The notes under the pieces: model-generated
What the model was told of the DNA's origin: nothing
What the model saw: only the letters and a program-made list of their open reading frames with translations
Database searches by the model: none
Shown here: one piece after another, positions 40,290-53,528 of the stretch
How the letters are laid out: each line of letters begins with the position of its first letter
How positions within the stretch are numbered: position 1 is the first letter of the stretch
Source: Amoebidium appalachense
Lineage: Eukaryota; Protista; Ichthyosporea
Direction: 5' to 3'
DNA length: 64,000 nt
NCBI GenBank assembly: GCA_963693365.1
Contig: CAVNZM010000004.1
Location: 2,750,389-2,814,388 of the forward strand
Translations under genes and position numbers: made by a program

Positions 40290-41900
40290 GCACACATACA
40301 TATATGCTGAAAGGGCGATGTTTTCATTCTCTCAACTGTGTGTGGGCTGAGAGTTGCATCCTGGGGACGTCGGAGTGGTTTTCTACTGCAAAACTCGGGG
40401 TTCCTGGAGGGTAATGTCGAGCTCGGTGGGGCATTGAAACGTCAACACGGTGTGTTACAAGTTAAAAATCTCTGTTGACAGTATGAACGGTGTGATTGTG
40501 CTTATAAAATAGTTTTTCTTGGTTTGGGATTTAAGTAGAAAATATCATCGTAGCCCAGACATTTCATGGGAGGGTTTTTAAAGAGCGTCGTGTGCTTTAT
40601 ACCCTTGTTCTGAAGTATGATGAACTTGGAGGGAAGACGATCTGCAGTATATAGAGGCACATACACCCGGAAATTTGGTGAAGCAATAAGAGAACATGGC
40701 TCTGTAATGAACTTGAAGCAAACTGACAGTCGTTTCGAGGCGGAGGAAATGAACTGCACCAAGAGCCCAGAGGGCCTGTTTTCTTTGCTGTACTTTCTAT
40801 TAGTAAAGCAAAGGCCTTTCCGTCAAAACTTACACACAAGCTTTGGCATCAGAAGACTCGGGCAAGAAATAGACATATTGCTATACTGGGCATTGCCTTG
40901 TTCGTCGGTTGTGTGTTCTGGGTGATAGGGAACGCCATGATGGTTCTGACGGTGTGTGCATTGCCTCTCTAATTAGCATGATGGTTACAAGTGTTACGTG
41001 GCCCCTTTCAATGGCACATATTCTTGGATAGAGGTGTGTCAGTGTGTTCACTCAGAAGGCAGGCAGGATAGGCGCCCAGAGGGGTGGGGGGTGTTGGCTG
41101 GGGAGGCAGAAGATTGCACGTGCACCACGCACAGCGGCGTCGTCGCGCCAGTAGTGGGCATAGTAGGGTTCAGGGCCCCGGAGTGCCATTGCTTTTTTCT
41201 TTTTTCCTTTTTTTCCTCTGAAAGAGGGGGGGGGGGGGGTTATGCATCATCTGAGACGGTTGAAACTGAGAAAGGGGGGAGGGGGGGGGGGGGAGGACAA
41301 GGACTCGAAGTTCTTTGATCCAGGGAGGTTATGTTCCTACCCCCCCCTTCTTTCCCATCACCACTCCTACTACACGCACGTTTCAAATGCAGAGGGAGTT
41401 CGAAGGAAGGCTGTGGTGTCACGGGGGGATGGACTTTAATTAACTAGAGAATTAATCAGGAAAACCTTGCTTGGCCCTCGAACGGATGTGTACACAGTAG
41501 GGAGCCAGTGAGAGCTCGAGAGGGGTTGGTCATGTCGGAAAGAATGTAGCCCAACGTGCAAATTGATGGGAGATTAGGGGTTTCTAGCCCGCACACTCTA
41601 GATGTTCGTAGTGGGGGGCCCCTCGGCAACGCAGCAAAGAGCGACTCAAATACGGAACTGTCAATTGGAAAGTAGTCATGACAGTACAGAGAGCACTCAG
41701 AAGGTAGAGCAGGACCAAATTTATTTATCTCATTTCAAAAGGACCAGGTTTATTAATATATATATACGTGCATTTTACATACATATACAGTATTCTCTCA
41801 GGTTTAGCTACTGAACATTTCCAAGAACGTCCCCAGACCCCTTCCTTTCACCCAGGACTCAGACCAGTCACACATCAACCGTACACATGTTGAACCAAAC

Positions 41901-42320
41901 CTACTGCTTATCAAGAGCACCAAGCACGGCAAAGAACACCAGCGGGCGCAGGAACTCGGCAAACTCTTTCTTGTCAATGGTGCCGCTCTTGTCAGTGTCA
42001 AACTCGGCAAGAAACCTATCCAGCTCTCCCTGAACCACATCGTCCGGGATATCCATCTTGCTCTGGTCAACTTCTGGGTTGTTCTCGGCAATCATCTTTG
42101 CAATTCCAGCCAGGGTGTCCTTGACAACAGGCCGGAGCTCATCTTTGTCCAGCGAACCGCTCTTGTCCTTGTCCAGTTCAGCGAAGGCCTCCTCCACCAT
42201 GGCGGGCAGCTGCTCCTCCACAACGGTGGCAATGATGCCAACTAGTTGCTCGCCCTTCATCTGAGCGATCGCGGCGCGAGTTGCCTCCTCGTCGGCAATA
42301 GCGGGCTTGTTGTCAGCCAT
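41901..42320 (-). CDS. Small two-EF-hand calcium-binding protein (139 aa), intronless
   Basis: Canonical loops DKDKSGSLDKDE and DTDKSGTIDKKE; coding-like GC3 bias; TATAAA-like box on the minus strand at ~42391-42398. Confidence 0.9.
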   Translation of the reverse strand: MADNKPAIADEEATRAAIAQMKGEQLVGIIATVVEEQLPAMVEEAFAELDKDKSGSLDKDELRPVVKDTLAGIAKMIAENNPEVDQSKMDIPDDVVQGELDRFLAEFDTDKSGTIDKKEFAEFLRPLVFFAVLGALDKQ

Positions 42321-42742
42321 TTTTTTGTTAGTTTAGACGAGAAGAGAAGAGTTTTTCCTACCTGACAAAAAGAAGGAGAAATTTTTGTCGTATTTATACC
42401 TGGGCAAGTTCTTGGCGCGCTATGCCATTGGCTGTAAAATTACCAATGAATATTTGCTCAAATATTTGACATTCATGGGGCGTGACTTTACAACGGTTGC
42501 TATAGATTTGCACACAATAATTCTGGAATGAACCAATAATTGGCATTATACAGGGTTAAAACATATTTCAAACGCTAAAAAAGGTAGAAAGCCACTGCCG
42601 AAATATGTCGAGAGAGTGGCGAGCCACTCAAACAGCCGCTGAGGGGGCCAAAAGTTTCGTTTTTTTTTTCTGTTGTTGCACACAGTGCATAGCCCTTGGC
42701 TTCTCAAACACCACTTCTTCTTTTATAGACAATAGATATAAA
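42321..42742. promoter_or_regulatory. Bidirectional promoter region between EF-hand gene and cyclophilin B
   Basis: ~420 bp head-to-head spacer free of microsatellites, with TATAAATA (-) and several CCAAT/ATTGG boxes (~42427, 42443, 42533). Confidence 0.55.
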
Positions 42743-45681
42743 ATGTTTGGAAAGATTCTTTGCCTTTTTGCGGCTGCTTTCGCAGCCGTAAATGTTGTCG
42801 TTGCGGCCGAGGAGCCCAAGGTGACCCACAAGGTCTATTTCGACATCACTATCGGAGGTGCCGTGTTCCCCCACCACCACCTCATCCCCACCCCCACCCT
42901 CACCCCCCCTCTCCTTCTCCCCATCTCCCTACTCCCTCCCCCCGTTTGCTCCTTTTTCCTCCTCTACCTAGTTAGTTACTTGGGAGAATGTAACTGATTG
43001 GGGACATGTTCTTTGCGTGCAAGTGTCCTCTTTTTTTGAATGCATCATCCCTGGTTCTGTTTGTGTGTTGTGCCGAAACTGCTGTGCCAGCTGTGGGAAA
43101 TTCCGGTACGATAGGGTGCTCTTTTGATTTGGCGCTTTACGGTTGGCACGCTGTGTTGGGCCCATTTTTTGAGAAGGACACATTCTCTCCCCCTTTCTGT
43201 CGTGCTCTTCACTATCTTCAGTTGCTCACTCTCTCTTCTCACTTTGTCTATTTCTTTTCACACACACACACACACACCTCTCTCTCTCTCTCTCTCTCTC
43301 TCTGTTTGTGTGTCTGCCCCTTGCTCCTTCTCTTTCTTTCCTCCCTCCCTGCTTTTGTGGAGGCATAGAACCCCTCTGACGATGGGCTCTGTTCAAGTGT
43401 CTTCTGCCTGCACGCTTAAGTTGTTTGAATTTAGGTTTCCCACTTTTGTGACGTTTTGTTGTTGCTCTTTGTTGTCTCCTGCTCTTTGTTGTCTCCTCCA
43501 TATTTCCAACCCTCTAACGCATACATCACCCCCCCCCCCCCCCCCCAACCCGCCTGCCCCTCAATCACACACACCACCACCATTCACCCCTTCCCCCCCC
43601 CCCCCCCCAAAAAAAAAAAAAAAACAAAACAAAAAAAACGGCCTTTTATTTGATCCCCATGCCTCCCCCTGCTTCTCCTTCCTAGGTCTCTATGCTCTTT
43701 CCAGCATCCCCCCCCCCCCCCCCCCCCCCCCCCCTTTCTTGCTTCTGCTTACTGCTGCAACTTTAACCCCCGGCCTTTCCCACTGCCCTTGCCTGCATAA
43801 GCAACCCTGCTCGTCTCTGATCAAGACGGGTGACCTACCCATGTTCAAGTGAAACAGTATCTGAGTTGGGTTTCGTTAACGAGGTGAATAGGTCGAAACT
43901 CGGGTACTGTGGATGACGTGGGCCCCCCCTGAGGATGGGCTCTGCTTATTATGCATACTCTTTATGTATGGCTTGCATTCTGCATCGTGTTATCCGTTTG
44001 TTCTTGTGTACTTCGTACTTTTTGACGCATTCAAACCCCCCCCACGTGTCTCCTCCGCCTTCATGCCCATTCCCTTGCTCTTAGCTCCCTTTTCACTTTC
44101 TTCCCCCCCCTCCCCCCCCCCCCTTCCCCTCCTTCTACTTGCGCCTCCCACATATTCATTTTCCATTCCGACTAACCCGCTGACCAATACATTACACAGG
44201 TGAGGCCAAGGGACGTGTCGTGTTGGGTCTCTTTGGTGATGTTGTGCCCAAGACGGCCGAGAATTTCCGCACACTGGCCACTGGGGAGAAGGGGTTTGGC
44301 TACAAGGGGTCCACCTTCCACCGTGTGATCAAGCAGTTCATGATCCAGGGTGGTGACTTCACTCGGTATGCAAGCCCTCCATCCCACCCCTCTTTTTGGG
44401 TGAATGGTTCGAAATTCGGGTACTGTGGATGATGTGAGCCTCCCCTGGGGATAGGCTCTGTGTATTAATGTGTGTATTCTTCATGTGTGGTTTGCACTCT
44501 GCATTGTGTTGTCCGATGTAAATGTATACTTCGTACTCAATTGCCCCTCCCCCCGCCCCCCGGAGTCCTCCCGGAGTTCCTTGCCTCCTCGTATATGTGT
44601 GCGCATGCGATTCCACGAATGTACATGTGCGCGCGCACACACGCACACACACACACACACACACACACCCTCACTCGCTCTTGCACACACTTCAGTACAG
44701 ATTGACATCCTTATCATGTATCATGTACAACGGGTCTTGTTTTTTTATGCCCAATTATTTGTTTTTTGCTTTGTTGCTCTTGTGTGCCCTGTATTATGGT
44801 TGCCAGACACACATACACGCACACGCACACCCACGGGGTGGCTGGCACTCGTATGCACGGATTAGAAGTACAAGAGATAAATTTCAATGACACGCCTTGT
44901 TCTCGTTTTCAGGCTAATACAGCGGGTGTGTGGTTATCATAATGGTTGTGGATGCTGCTGATTTGATGTGTGTCACGGTGTTGCTATGTAGCACGCACGT
45001 GTGCTTTTTCAACCAACTGTGCGTGTGTAATGGTACCATACGTGATTCGGAATTTTGGTGGGCGCTGCACGGTGCATCCATCAAAAAGTTGGTTGTGACT
45101 GTTTGTGGAAATTTCCTTTATGTTTAGAGAGAGAGAGAGAGTGTGTGTGTGTGTGTGTGTGTGTTGGGAGGGGGGAGGGGGGGGGGGGGTAGCGCTCAGC
45201 CGGTCATGCCCGTCCCCTTTTCACGTGCTTGTCTTCTATTATTAGCATGCTCCCACACTCGTGCCAACAACAACAACAACAAACCCCTCCCCAATTAAGA
45301 GAAAAGTGTAAACTTGTATCTCTGGCCTTCCACTTCCTACCCATCATACCGTTTCTGACCTTTCCCCACCTTTTTTTTCCGTGCAGCCACGATGGTACAG
45401 GTGGCAAGTCCATCTACGGTGAACGTTTTGACGATGAGAACTTCAAGCTCAAGCACGACAAGCCCTTCCTGCTGTCCATGGCTAACGCTGGCCGCAACAC
45501 AAACGGGTCTCAGTTTTTCATTACCACCGTGCTCACCCCCTGGTTGGATGGGCGTCACGTGGTGTTCGGGAGGGTTCTCGAAGGTCAGGATATCATCACG
45601 GCGATTGAGAATGGCGCTACCGGTGCAAGGGATAAGCCTGCGAAGGAGGTGAAGATTGCTGACTGCGGCGAGTTGAAGTAA
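42743..45681 (+). CDS. PPIB: Peptidyl-prolyl cis-trans isomerase B (secretory-pathway cyclophilin)
   Basis: Exons 42743-42857 (signal peptide, [14 protein letters not shown]), 44200-44365 ([30 protein letters not shown]), 45387-45681 ([35 protein letters not shown]). Confidence 0.95.
43350..43530 (+). repeat. Intronic repeat family, 5'-truncated head + tail D
   Basis: Aligns with 25788-25950; loop reads CTGACGA. Confidence 0.85.
43797..44035 (+). mobile_element. Full-length copy of structured intronic repeat (head + tail A)
   Basis: ATAAGCAACCCTGCTCGTCTCTGATCAAGACGGGTGACCTA...TAGGTCGAAACTCGGGTACTGT...CCCCTGAGGATGGGCTCTGCTTAT...GACGCATTCAAA + poly-C. Confidence 0.9.
44398..44545 (+). repeat. 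Intronic repeat family, partial head + tail A
   Basis: GGTGAATGGTTCGAAATTCGGGTACTGTGGATGATGTGAGCCTCCCCTGGGGATAGGCTCTG... Confidence 0.8.
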
Positions 45682-46053
45682 TTTAAAACATATGGAGGGT
45701 GTTTGTGTGCACGTGTATAAGTGCACGTGTGTGTGGTGTGGGTGTGGGTGTGTGGGGGTTGATGAATGGCGCCTATGTCATCACCTATTTGAAATCGCTC
45801 GGGCGTTGTGCATGGCAATCTGTGCCACAAACATTTTCTTTTTGTAATCGAAGGATGCTGGGCATCTTGGTGGTTTATAAACAGGCCAATAAATTGCTGC
45901 TCACTTTCCGAACTATCCGATTTGATTCCGGCATGCATACCCACCCCCTCTCCCCCCTCCCCCACTTTTTTTTTTTGTTTGTTTGTTTCCGGGCCCCGAT
46001 AGAGGGGGCCCCGAGGGGGGGGGGGGGGGGGGGAAGAAAGAAAGAGTCACCAT

Positions 46054-46089
<36 letters not shown>

Positions 46090-46383
46090 AGCGTTGCACT
46101 GAACAACAACAACAACCACCACCACCACCAGTTTGTTCCCTCTCGGATCCTTCCGCGCTCCGCCCTCCTCAGACACACATGTCACGTACACATTCACAGA
46201 CGGATCCTTCTTTCTCTCTGCACGTGTGTGTGGTGTGTGAGTGTGTGATGTGTCACTACACAGTGCGTGTGTGTACACGTGTATGGGAGGGGAGGGAGGG
46301 AGGGGGGGGGGGGGGGGGGGCGGGGCCCCGGGGGCGAAGAGCGCTGGACACGTGCCCGGATCGGGAGGGAGTGAGATTGGACG

Positions 46384-46420
<37 letters not shown>

Positions 46421-46430
46421 GGGAGAGGAA

Positions 46431-46464
<34 letters not shown>

Positions 46465-47294
46465 CCTCAGGGGCAAGTCTAGATAACATGAGACAAAGCT
46501 GGGGAGCTCGGATGAAACATGTTACGAGAGAGCTATCATAAAGGAACTCGAGAGGGGGAAATAGAGAGGGCAGGGAGATGGAGAGAGAAGCGGACTCCGG
46601 GAGCAAGGTTGAAGTTAGCCTAATATGGAGGGGGGGGGGGGGGGGGGGGGGGGGAGGGGGGGAGGGGGGGAGGGGAGAGGGGAGGAAGGGAAGAATGATT
46701 CGGTGAATTCTGTTTGGGTGTGCGGATATATATATATGTCGCCGTGAACTTCGGTTGCAATTGGTCCGCGTGGTGCTCTGCTGACCCATATCTGGCAATC
46801 GATCAGTGACGGTCCCGGCCCGGAACGAATTCCGAATTCCCGAGGTTTAGTGTCGTCATAGCGATCTTGTACGCGTGCAAGGATACCCTAAATTTTGATA
46901 TCAAATGCATAAACTTAGAATATACTCAAAAGAAAAAAAAAAATATACTCATCTTATTTGGCTAACAACCGAGAATAGCTTAAAAAAAGAAAAAATGCTA
47001 ACAAACGCAGAGGTAGAGGATCTTTTGCGCGGACAGGACATTGCGTCATATCCGAAGGCCTACGTAGACAGTTTTCGTTCGTTAGTGAAAGTGTTCATGT
47101 TTCTTTTCGACTGAGTATTCAATTGATGAGGTCTAACTGTACACTGTATACTTTCTCGCGTCTCTCCGGAGCCCTTTTCCACTTTATTTTTGAATAGCAT
47201 GAATACCTTTTCGGCACTTTGCATTTAAGTAGGCGTTGCAGTATATGATCCCGTGCATCACAGGGTTTCAAGCGCATTTCCACACCAACCAAAC

Positions 47295-47686
47295 ATGGGG
47301 GGCATCACGAAAAACGATGGTGCCCTGGTTCCAGGCCCCCACACCAGCACACAAGGTATGTGTTGAGTTCTGTATAGCAGCTCGGCATTTTGAGTCATTG
47401 AAAGAGATGGCTGACGAAGTTCGGTGGCTCCATTATGATAAATTATCTTGCCGTCCTGCAAAATGCCTGCGTTGTGTCGCTCGGTATTGCTGCTGGCTTC
47501 CCCGGCTTGAGAGCTGCACAGTTGTCATCAGTTTGTTCTTCCTTGACTGCTCGAAAGCTTTGTGTTAGGACTGGGTTTAGGCACGTCTCTCTCTCGCCCT
47601 CTCTCTTTTTCTCTCTCTCTCTCTCTCTCCCCGGAGTCCTTCCGTCCCTCACTCGCCCTCCCTCCCTAGCCCCTCCTCAGAGAGTT

Positions 47687-47717
<31 letters not shown>

Positions 47718-48574
47718 CTCCCCCAACCCCCACCTTTCTGTCTCTCTCGGTCTCTCTCTCTTCCCTCCCCCCCTCCCCCTTCCTCTCTCTTCTCTCTCCC
47801 TCTCCCCCTCCTCTCCCCCCACCCTTCCCCGCGCCCCCCCCCCCCCCCCCCTCCCGGAACATGTCTTCCCTTTCCATCTCCGTGTTCCTTACGCCTTTTC
47901 CGACCCCCCCCCCCCCCCCCCCCCCCCCCCGACCCCCTCCTCTTCCCCCTCATGGGGCATGGTTGTTCTCTATCGTGCATCTGCTATCGCACATGCATTT
48001 TCTTTTGCTGCATGCTGCATAAGTTGCCAATATACACTTTCACTTTTTTGCTCACATAGATAACCCTGCTCGCCTTTGATGAAGGGTGACCCTTCTAATT
48101 TTGAGTGACGCTGTTACTTGAGCTGGGTTTCGTTATCAATATTAATAAGGAGGCTAAAGGGTCGAGAATCAGATGCTGTAAAATAACTTGAGTCCCCCTG
48201 AGGAAGGGTTCTGCTTATGTTGCATAGTGGTTGTCTTGTGTTGCTGACGTTGCATGCTTGAACGTTTGCCTTTGCTTGTGTCCTGCACCTGTTTCTCATC
48301 GCATAGTTGTACTTCGTACCGTGCTCCACATTCTAGCACCCTCTCCCCTCCCCCTCTCTGTCCCTTCCCCTTCCCCCCTCCCTCCCCACCTCCTCCTCCC
48401 CCTCCCCCCCTCCCCCCGCCTGCCACCCTCTCCTGCCTGCCTGCTTCCCTCTCCCAACAAGCATATACCACTTGTTTGCCCTTTTCCATTCTCCTCTGTC
48501 GTTTCACAGCTGTGCGCTACCATTTGCACCGGCTAACAGTACAACAATCGTGGTTTTGTGCATCACTATACCAG

Positions 48575-48608
<34 letters not shown>

Positions 48609-51101
48609 TGGTTTCGGCAAAGCACCTGCAGCCCCCTCCCCCCCCCCCCCTCCCTCCCCCCCGGCGCTTCCTCCCTCCCCATCCCTGAGCACTGCATATG
48701 CACAACAATGGTTCCACAGCACCGTCGCAAACCTACATGTTCACGCACAGAGACACACCTCATGCATGAGCACACACACAGACTATCACGCACACACACA
48801 CATATACAGCATGCTGGCACTCGCGCACACACGCAGACACAGACACACATACATGAAGTATTGAAAGAGACACAGTTCCAGACACACATTACGCCTGCGC
48901 GGGCGCACACACTCTCGGTTCACGTGCATCTTTTCAATACAAACACCACCAATCATCCACCTATCTGCCTACTGTAGTGTTTGTATGTTAATGCTTTTTT
49001 CGAGCACTTGGAATAGTCCCACCTCAGATATTGCACGTTTCATGACAATTGTGTTAATCTGTGCATATGCACGTGCACACATCTTTCCTTCGACACCTGT
49101 TCATTCACGTGCGTGCTCTTTATATGGTCTCCTAAGCCGCATTTCCATACAAAATAGCAACCAATAGATCTCCACCGCTGCCTTGTCACGTGACTAATAT
49201 ATTAACCTTTGCACACACAGATGCCCCCCTACTCCGCATCCTTAACGAGCTTCTATTCAAGATTTTGCGCTATTTGCCGATGGACAGCCGTCTGTCGTTT
49301 TCCCTCGTGTGCAGACAGTGCTGCGCTCTAGCACGCTGCCCCCAGGCAGGCGTAATCACGACCTCTGCTTTCTAAACTAGCTGTCGAACCGAATAAGGAA
49401 TCTTCGTCAGAAATGGGCGAAAACGAACGGGCGGCGGATGGAGAGGAGGGTAAAGAGATGGAGAAACGGACCATGTTTGCGGTGTGTAGCCTGAGCGACA
49501 TGAAGCCGTTTCATCGGGCAATCGGAGAAATCGGATTCGAGCTACCCGAGGGCTGTGCTTGGGAGAGCGACACACAGCTAGAGCAAGCATTCCAGTTCTG
49601 CAGGGAAATCGACGATCTCACGAACCTCAGAACGGTGAAAATCACGCAGACAGGAGCCCAGGGGGATGCAGATGAGCAAATTTTGGTTTTTCTTGTGAAC
49701 GTGGCACTTGGGTCGGTCGGGGATGGACTAAAGTCTTTGGATTTTATAAGGTGCGGGCCCCGGTGGGATACGCCTATGGAATTTCTACGGACGGTGCGGG
49801 ACAGATGTCCCGTTTTGGAAAGTCTGTCTTTGGGGAGCCCCTTTCTTCCTTCCATCAAGGCCATGGAATATTTGCCTTTCGAGCACTGCAACTCGAATTC
49901 GAAGAAGCTTTCGTTCCAACTTCAGGAAGGCGATGTCGACATATTGGCGGCGATACCCCTGATGTTTCCAAACGTGGAGGAAATTGATATTCACATTCGT
50001 TGTCGGCGGTATGCGGGGAATGAGATATTTGATTTCGGCATGCTGGGGGCGTGTGAAAATCTGAAAATTCTGTCCATATGCTCGGGGTCTTTAGAGGCGC
50101 CAAGTCGGGTGGTGGTGCCATACCTTCCTAATTTGGAGGTGCTTACGGCTGAGTTTCGAGGAATTCTCAATATGTCAGCGTTAGGACCCTGCCGGAAACT
50201 ACGCAAAATCGACATCGACTGTTTCAGCATCCACGGGGCATTCCCGAATTTCGAAACAACCCGATTGGAGTATTATTACGTAGACATTGGGCCCAGCATT
50301 TCCCAGGACGTCGACGCTGTGCAATTTCGAACCCCGTTGGAAGCCCTGGAAAAATCGGCCAACACAATGAAAGAACTTTACCTTCACAACGTCACGTTTC
50401 CAATGGGCTGGCTAGCCCAGTTTACCGCGCTCACAACACTCAACATTTTCTACTGCCAGGTTTTGGCTGACGACGGAACACCAGGGAGCGAAATTGCGAT
50501 TATATTGGATCGTATGCCTATACTTCGGGAGCTGGTCTTCAATAACTCCCATCAAATCACGCACATTTCAGCAATGTCGACGCATCGTCACATGCAGTGT
50601 GTAAATTTGATTGAAAGCAGGGATTTGCACGATATCGGAGGAGTTTCGAAATGCAACAAGTTACAGGACGCCGTCATTACGGGCTGTCCGAAAATCGACG
50701 TTACGGCTGTCGAAACTCCGCCTTCGGTTGTCGTTATGTCGCTTCGAGATCTTTCCAGGGACAAGTTGTTTTGATATCAACCACCCCAATCTGACCGAAC
50801 TGGTTATTCACCAGTTAAACGACCTCTCCACTCTCGGCAATGCCCCCATGCACGCACCAAAGCTAACTTCGATACGCATCAGCGGATGCCCCAATTTGGC
50901 CGATATCGGTGCTTTGGCTGGTGCCACGGCCTTGAAGAACTCGATTTGCGAGGCTTGTATTCATTGCGCAGCCTCAACTCTTTGACCGGCCATCCGAGCC
51001 TCTCCCGTGTGTTGGTGATGGGGGGCCCATTGGGGGCTTCAAGCATTGACCTTACCGCTCTGAAGACTTCTCCCAAATTCATGCCAGGCCGTTGGTATTA
51101 A
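47295..51101 (+). pseudogene. F-box/LRR protein gene with three apparent frameshifts (pseudogene or consensus errors)
   Basis: Exon 47295-47355 splices in phase to 49221 (DAPLLRILNELLFKILRYLPMDSRLSFSLVCRQ, F-box). LRR-rich ORF 49413-50774 continues in shifted frames (FDINHPNLTELVI..KLTSIRISGCPNLADI; LEELDLRGLYSLRSL). Breaks near 49356-49372, 50770 and 50932. Confidence 0.7.
48054..48337 (+). mobile_element. Full-length degenerate copy of structured intronic repeat (head + tail B)
   Basis: TAACCCTGCTCGCCTTTGATGAAGGGTGACCCTT...AAGGGTCGAGAA...CCCCCTGAGGAAGGGTTCTGCTTATGTTGCAT...GTACTTCGTACCGTG. Confidence 0.8.
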
Positions 51102-52462
51102 GGGCACCCCGTTGGTATTAAAGGTTTAACTTAGCATGGTTCTGAAGAGGAAAAGAAAAGGATGGAAGAACTAGAGATATGCGTATACGTCGACGGAAGC
51201 GCTAAGTATAGGGAGATTGCTTCACATAACACTCTAACATAATGCGCTAGAAAATACAATATTTGGTAATAGTTCACGGAAACAGAAACATAAACCCAAA
51301 ACCATAACGTTTGTTTGTCTGGGGCCTGAATAAGGAAGGGTGCTGCCCCCCCCCCCCCCCCCCACGTTCAATTTCGGAGACTCTAGATTTGAGTACATGT
51401 ACAAACAAATAGATCTAATTGGTGTCGTCATCTTTTAGGCCTTGTCTCGGAATTTTCTTTTCCTAGTATAGTCCTGATTTCGGGATTTTCAAACACCCGT
51501 CGGATTCCTTCTTGTATTTTGGCGTTTCTTTTTTTGTCTTTGCTTACACACACACACCCATCTATGCCTAGTATACATGCACGGGCACACACACACACAC
51601 ACACATACGCACGCACACACGCACACTCAACAGTGCACAGATACACATTCAACATACACACACACACACACACACTCACTCAAGCAGAGCAGACGCACAC
51701 ATAGCCTATTATAAAACAGCCATGATTCCAAGAAAAGTTCATAGTTTCTTCATGTTTGCGTGCGTGGGAGTTCCATTGCAGTTGTTTATATGCACTTGTA
51801 CGTCAATGCATGTGCGCGTGTGCGGACGTGAATGCATGAGAAGAGGTGGCCGGTACACCCTATCTAAATATAGAAAAATAATCCAGATCCCGAGTGAGCA
51901 AATCTAAGTTCAAGGTACACCGCCACGTGTGTGGAAGCCACAGGCTGAGCCACCATTTATTGACTGTCAGAGGCCGCCTATTGATCTTGGAAATGTTGCT
52001 CGTGTCTAAAAGACATCCCCTGCGCTCTGGTAGCTTATGGACCATTTTAATTCATCATTTCAAGTTTATCACTTTTTATAGTGTTGTTGACTACCCTTAC
52101 GGCCGACAACACCCACACAATTTAGTCATTCTGCAACATCCAACTGTTAGGGTTTACGGATATGTTTACCGGATTATTGGGTAATGATGCATGGGTTTAC
52201 ATGTGATTAAGTTTCAAGCCAGCAATTTGAAGAATGACTCCTTTCAGGCCTACAACAGTTAAAGAATGATAAAGAAGGACTTACAGACCGCAACAAATCA
52301 ACTAACCGATTAGCAATTGCGGTAAACTCAAAGCCAGCTTCTTCTAGACCCCAAACACCACACTTTCAATTTACGCAGCCCACTCACGTACCAAGCATCC
52401 ATTCATTACCCATGTACATGTCGCAACACTACCCATCTATTTCTAGCACCAGTGACCTATAA

Positions 52463-52787
52463 TTAGACGCCATACTGGGCCTTGTATGCGCTGATAGCAG
52501 TCAGGTGCACCTTCAGGCTGGTATCCCCACTGGCATTGATGTATTCGATGATCTGGTCTAGCTGCACGATGCTGGCTACCTTGAGCCCATATTGCTGTTC
52601 CACCTGAAAAAACCCCCACCCAAATTAATGACGTGTTGTCAAATTACACAGGGCCAACACACACCCACACAAATTAATTGATAAGCATTGTCAATCATCA
52701 ACAACCCCCCACCCAATTTGATGAACCGAATCAAAACGTCCACCATAAAACACACTCTGCTCCTCTAGTCTCTCCAATCTTCACGAG

Positions 52788-52826
<39 letters not shown>

Positions 52827-52900
52827 TTTTTTTCAAAAATAAAATTAGAAATAAAAATAAAAATAAAACACCACATAGCGCACATGCACACAGAATAGCA

Positions 52901-52932
<32 letters not shown>

Positions 52933-53481
52933 TCGCAGCACACACGCGCACACACACTGACACCCACATACACCCCACCCTCTCTCCTAGTCTTTCTCCT
53001 AGCACTATAACCGTGATCTTCTCGAACAAATGCCTATGTTGAGACATAGGCCACAGTATCCCTCACTTGCCTGCCACTTCCCTTCAATTTTCTCATCCCA
53101 AGCATTGTTGAGCACACTCGTTTTCTCCCAGATTTCCTCCCTCCCCCCTTTCCCCCCCCCCCCAGGCCCTCCCCGGACCACCACCACCACCACCACCACC
53201 ACCACCACCACCACCACCACCCACCCACAAATAAAAAGGGAAAATGTGGTGGGGGGGGAGGGGGGGGGGGGGTCGGAGGGGGGTGGGAGGGAGGGACCCA
53301 ATCGGCCATTCACCACTACTACCAAGAAACAAAACGCTCAACCTCATGCAGGAGACTCCATACCCCCTCCCCCTCCTTTTCCCCCCTCCAAAAAAACCAC
53401 CGCGCACCCCCCCACCCCACACACACATACACATAAAGCCATCACCGACCCCAAACACAACCACACGTGCGCGCAAAAGCC

Positions 53482-53528
<47 letters not shown>

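Noticed and set aside
40617-40925. 102-aa ORF downstream of SERP1
   Set aside because: No recognisable motif; likely 3' UTR or intergenic.
43806-43912. 5S rRNA- or tRNA-derived SINE head (GGGTGACC, CGAAACTCGGGTACTGT, GTTCGAA in one copy)
   Set aside because: Only short patches resemble 5S or a B box, with wrong spacing; not supportable without a covariance-model search.
43890-43945. Canonical hammerhead ribozyme in the repeat head (GAAA upstream of CTGANGA with variable N)
   Set aside because: Core-like motifs are present, but I could not build stems I and II and an NUH site in any of the three permutations; CTGANGA sits in a hairpin loop instead. Kept only as an unassigned structured RNA.
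40086-45681. Functional ER-stress gene cluster (SERP1, EF-hand, PPIB)
   Set aside because: The EF-hand protein lacks a signal peptide, and adjacency of two ER genes is plausible by chance.
46905-47114. Short ORF upstream of the F-box gene (MLTNAEVEDLL...)
   Set aside because: No homology recognised and no convincing splice link; may be 5' UTR or promoter.
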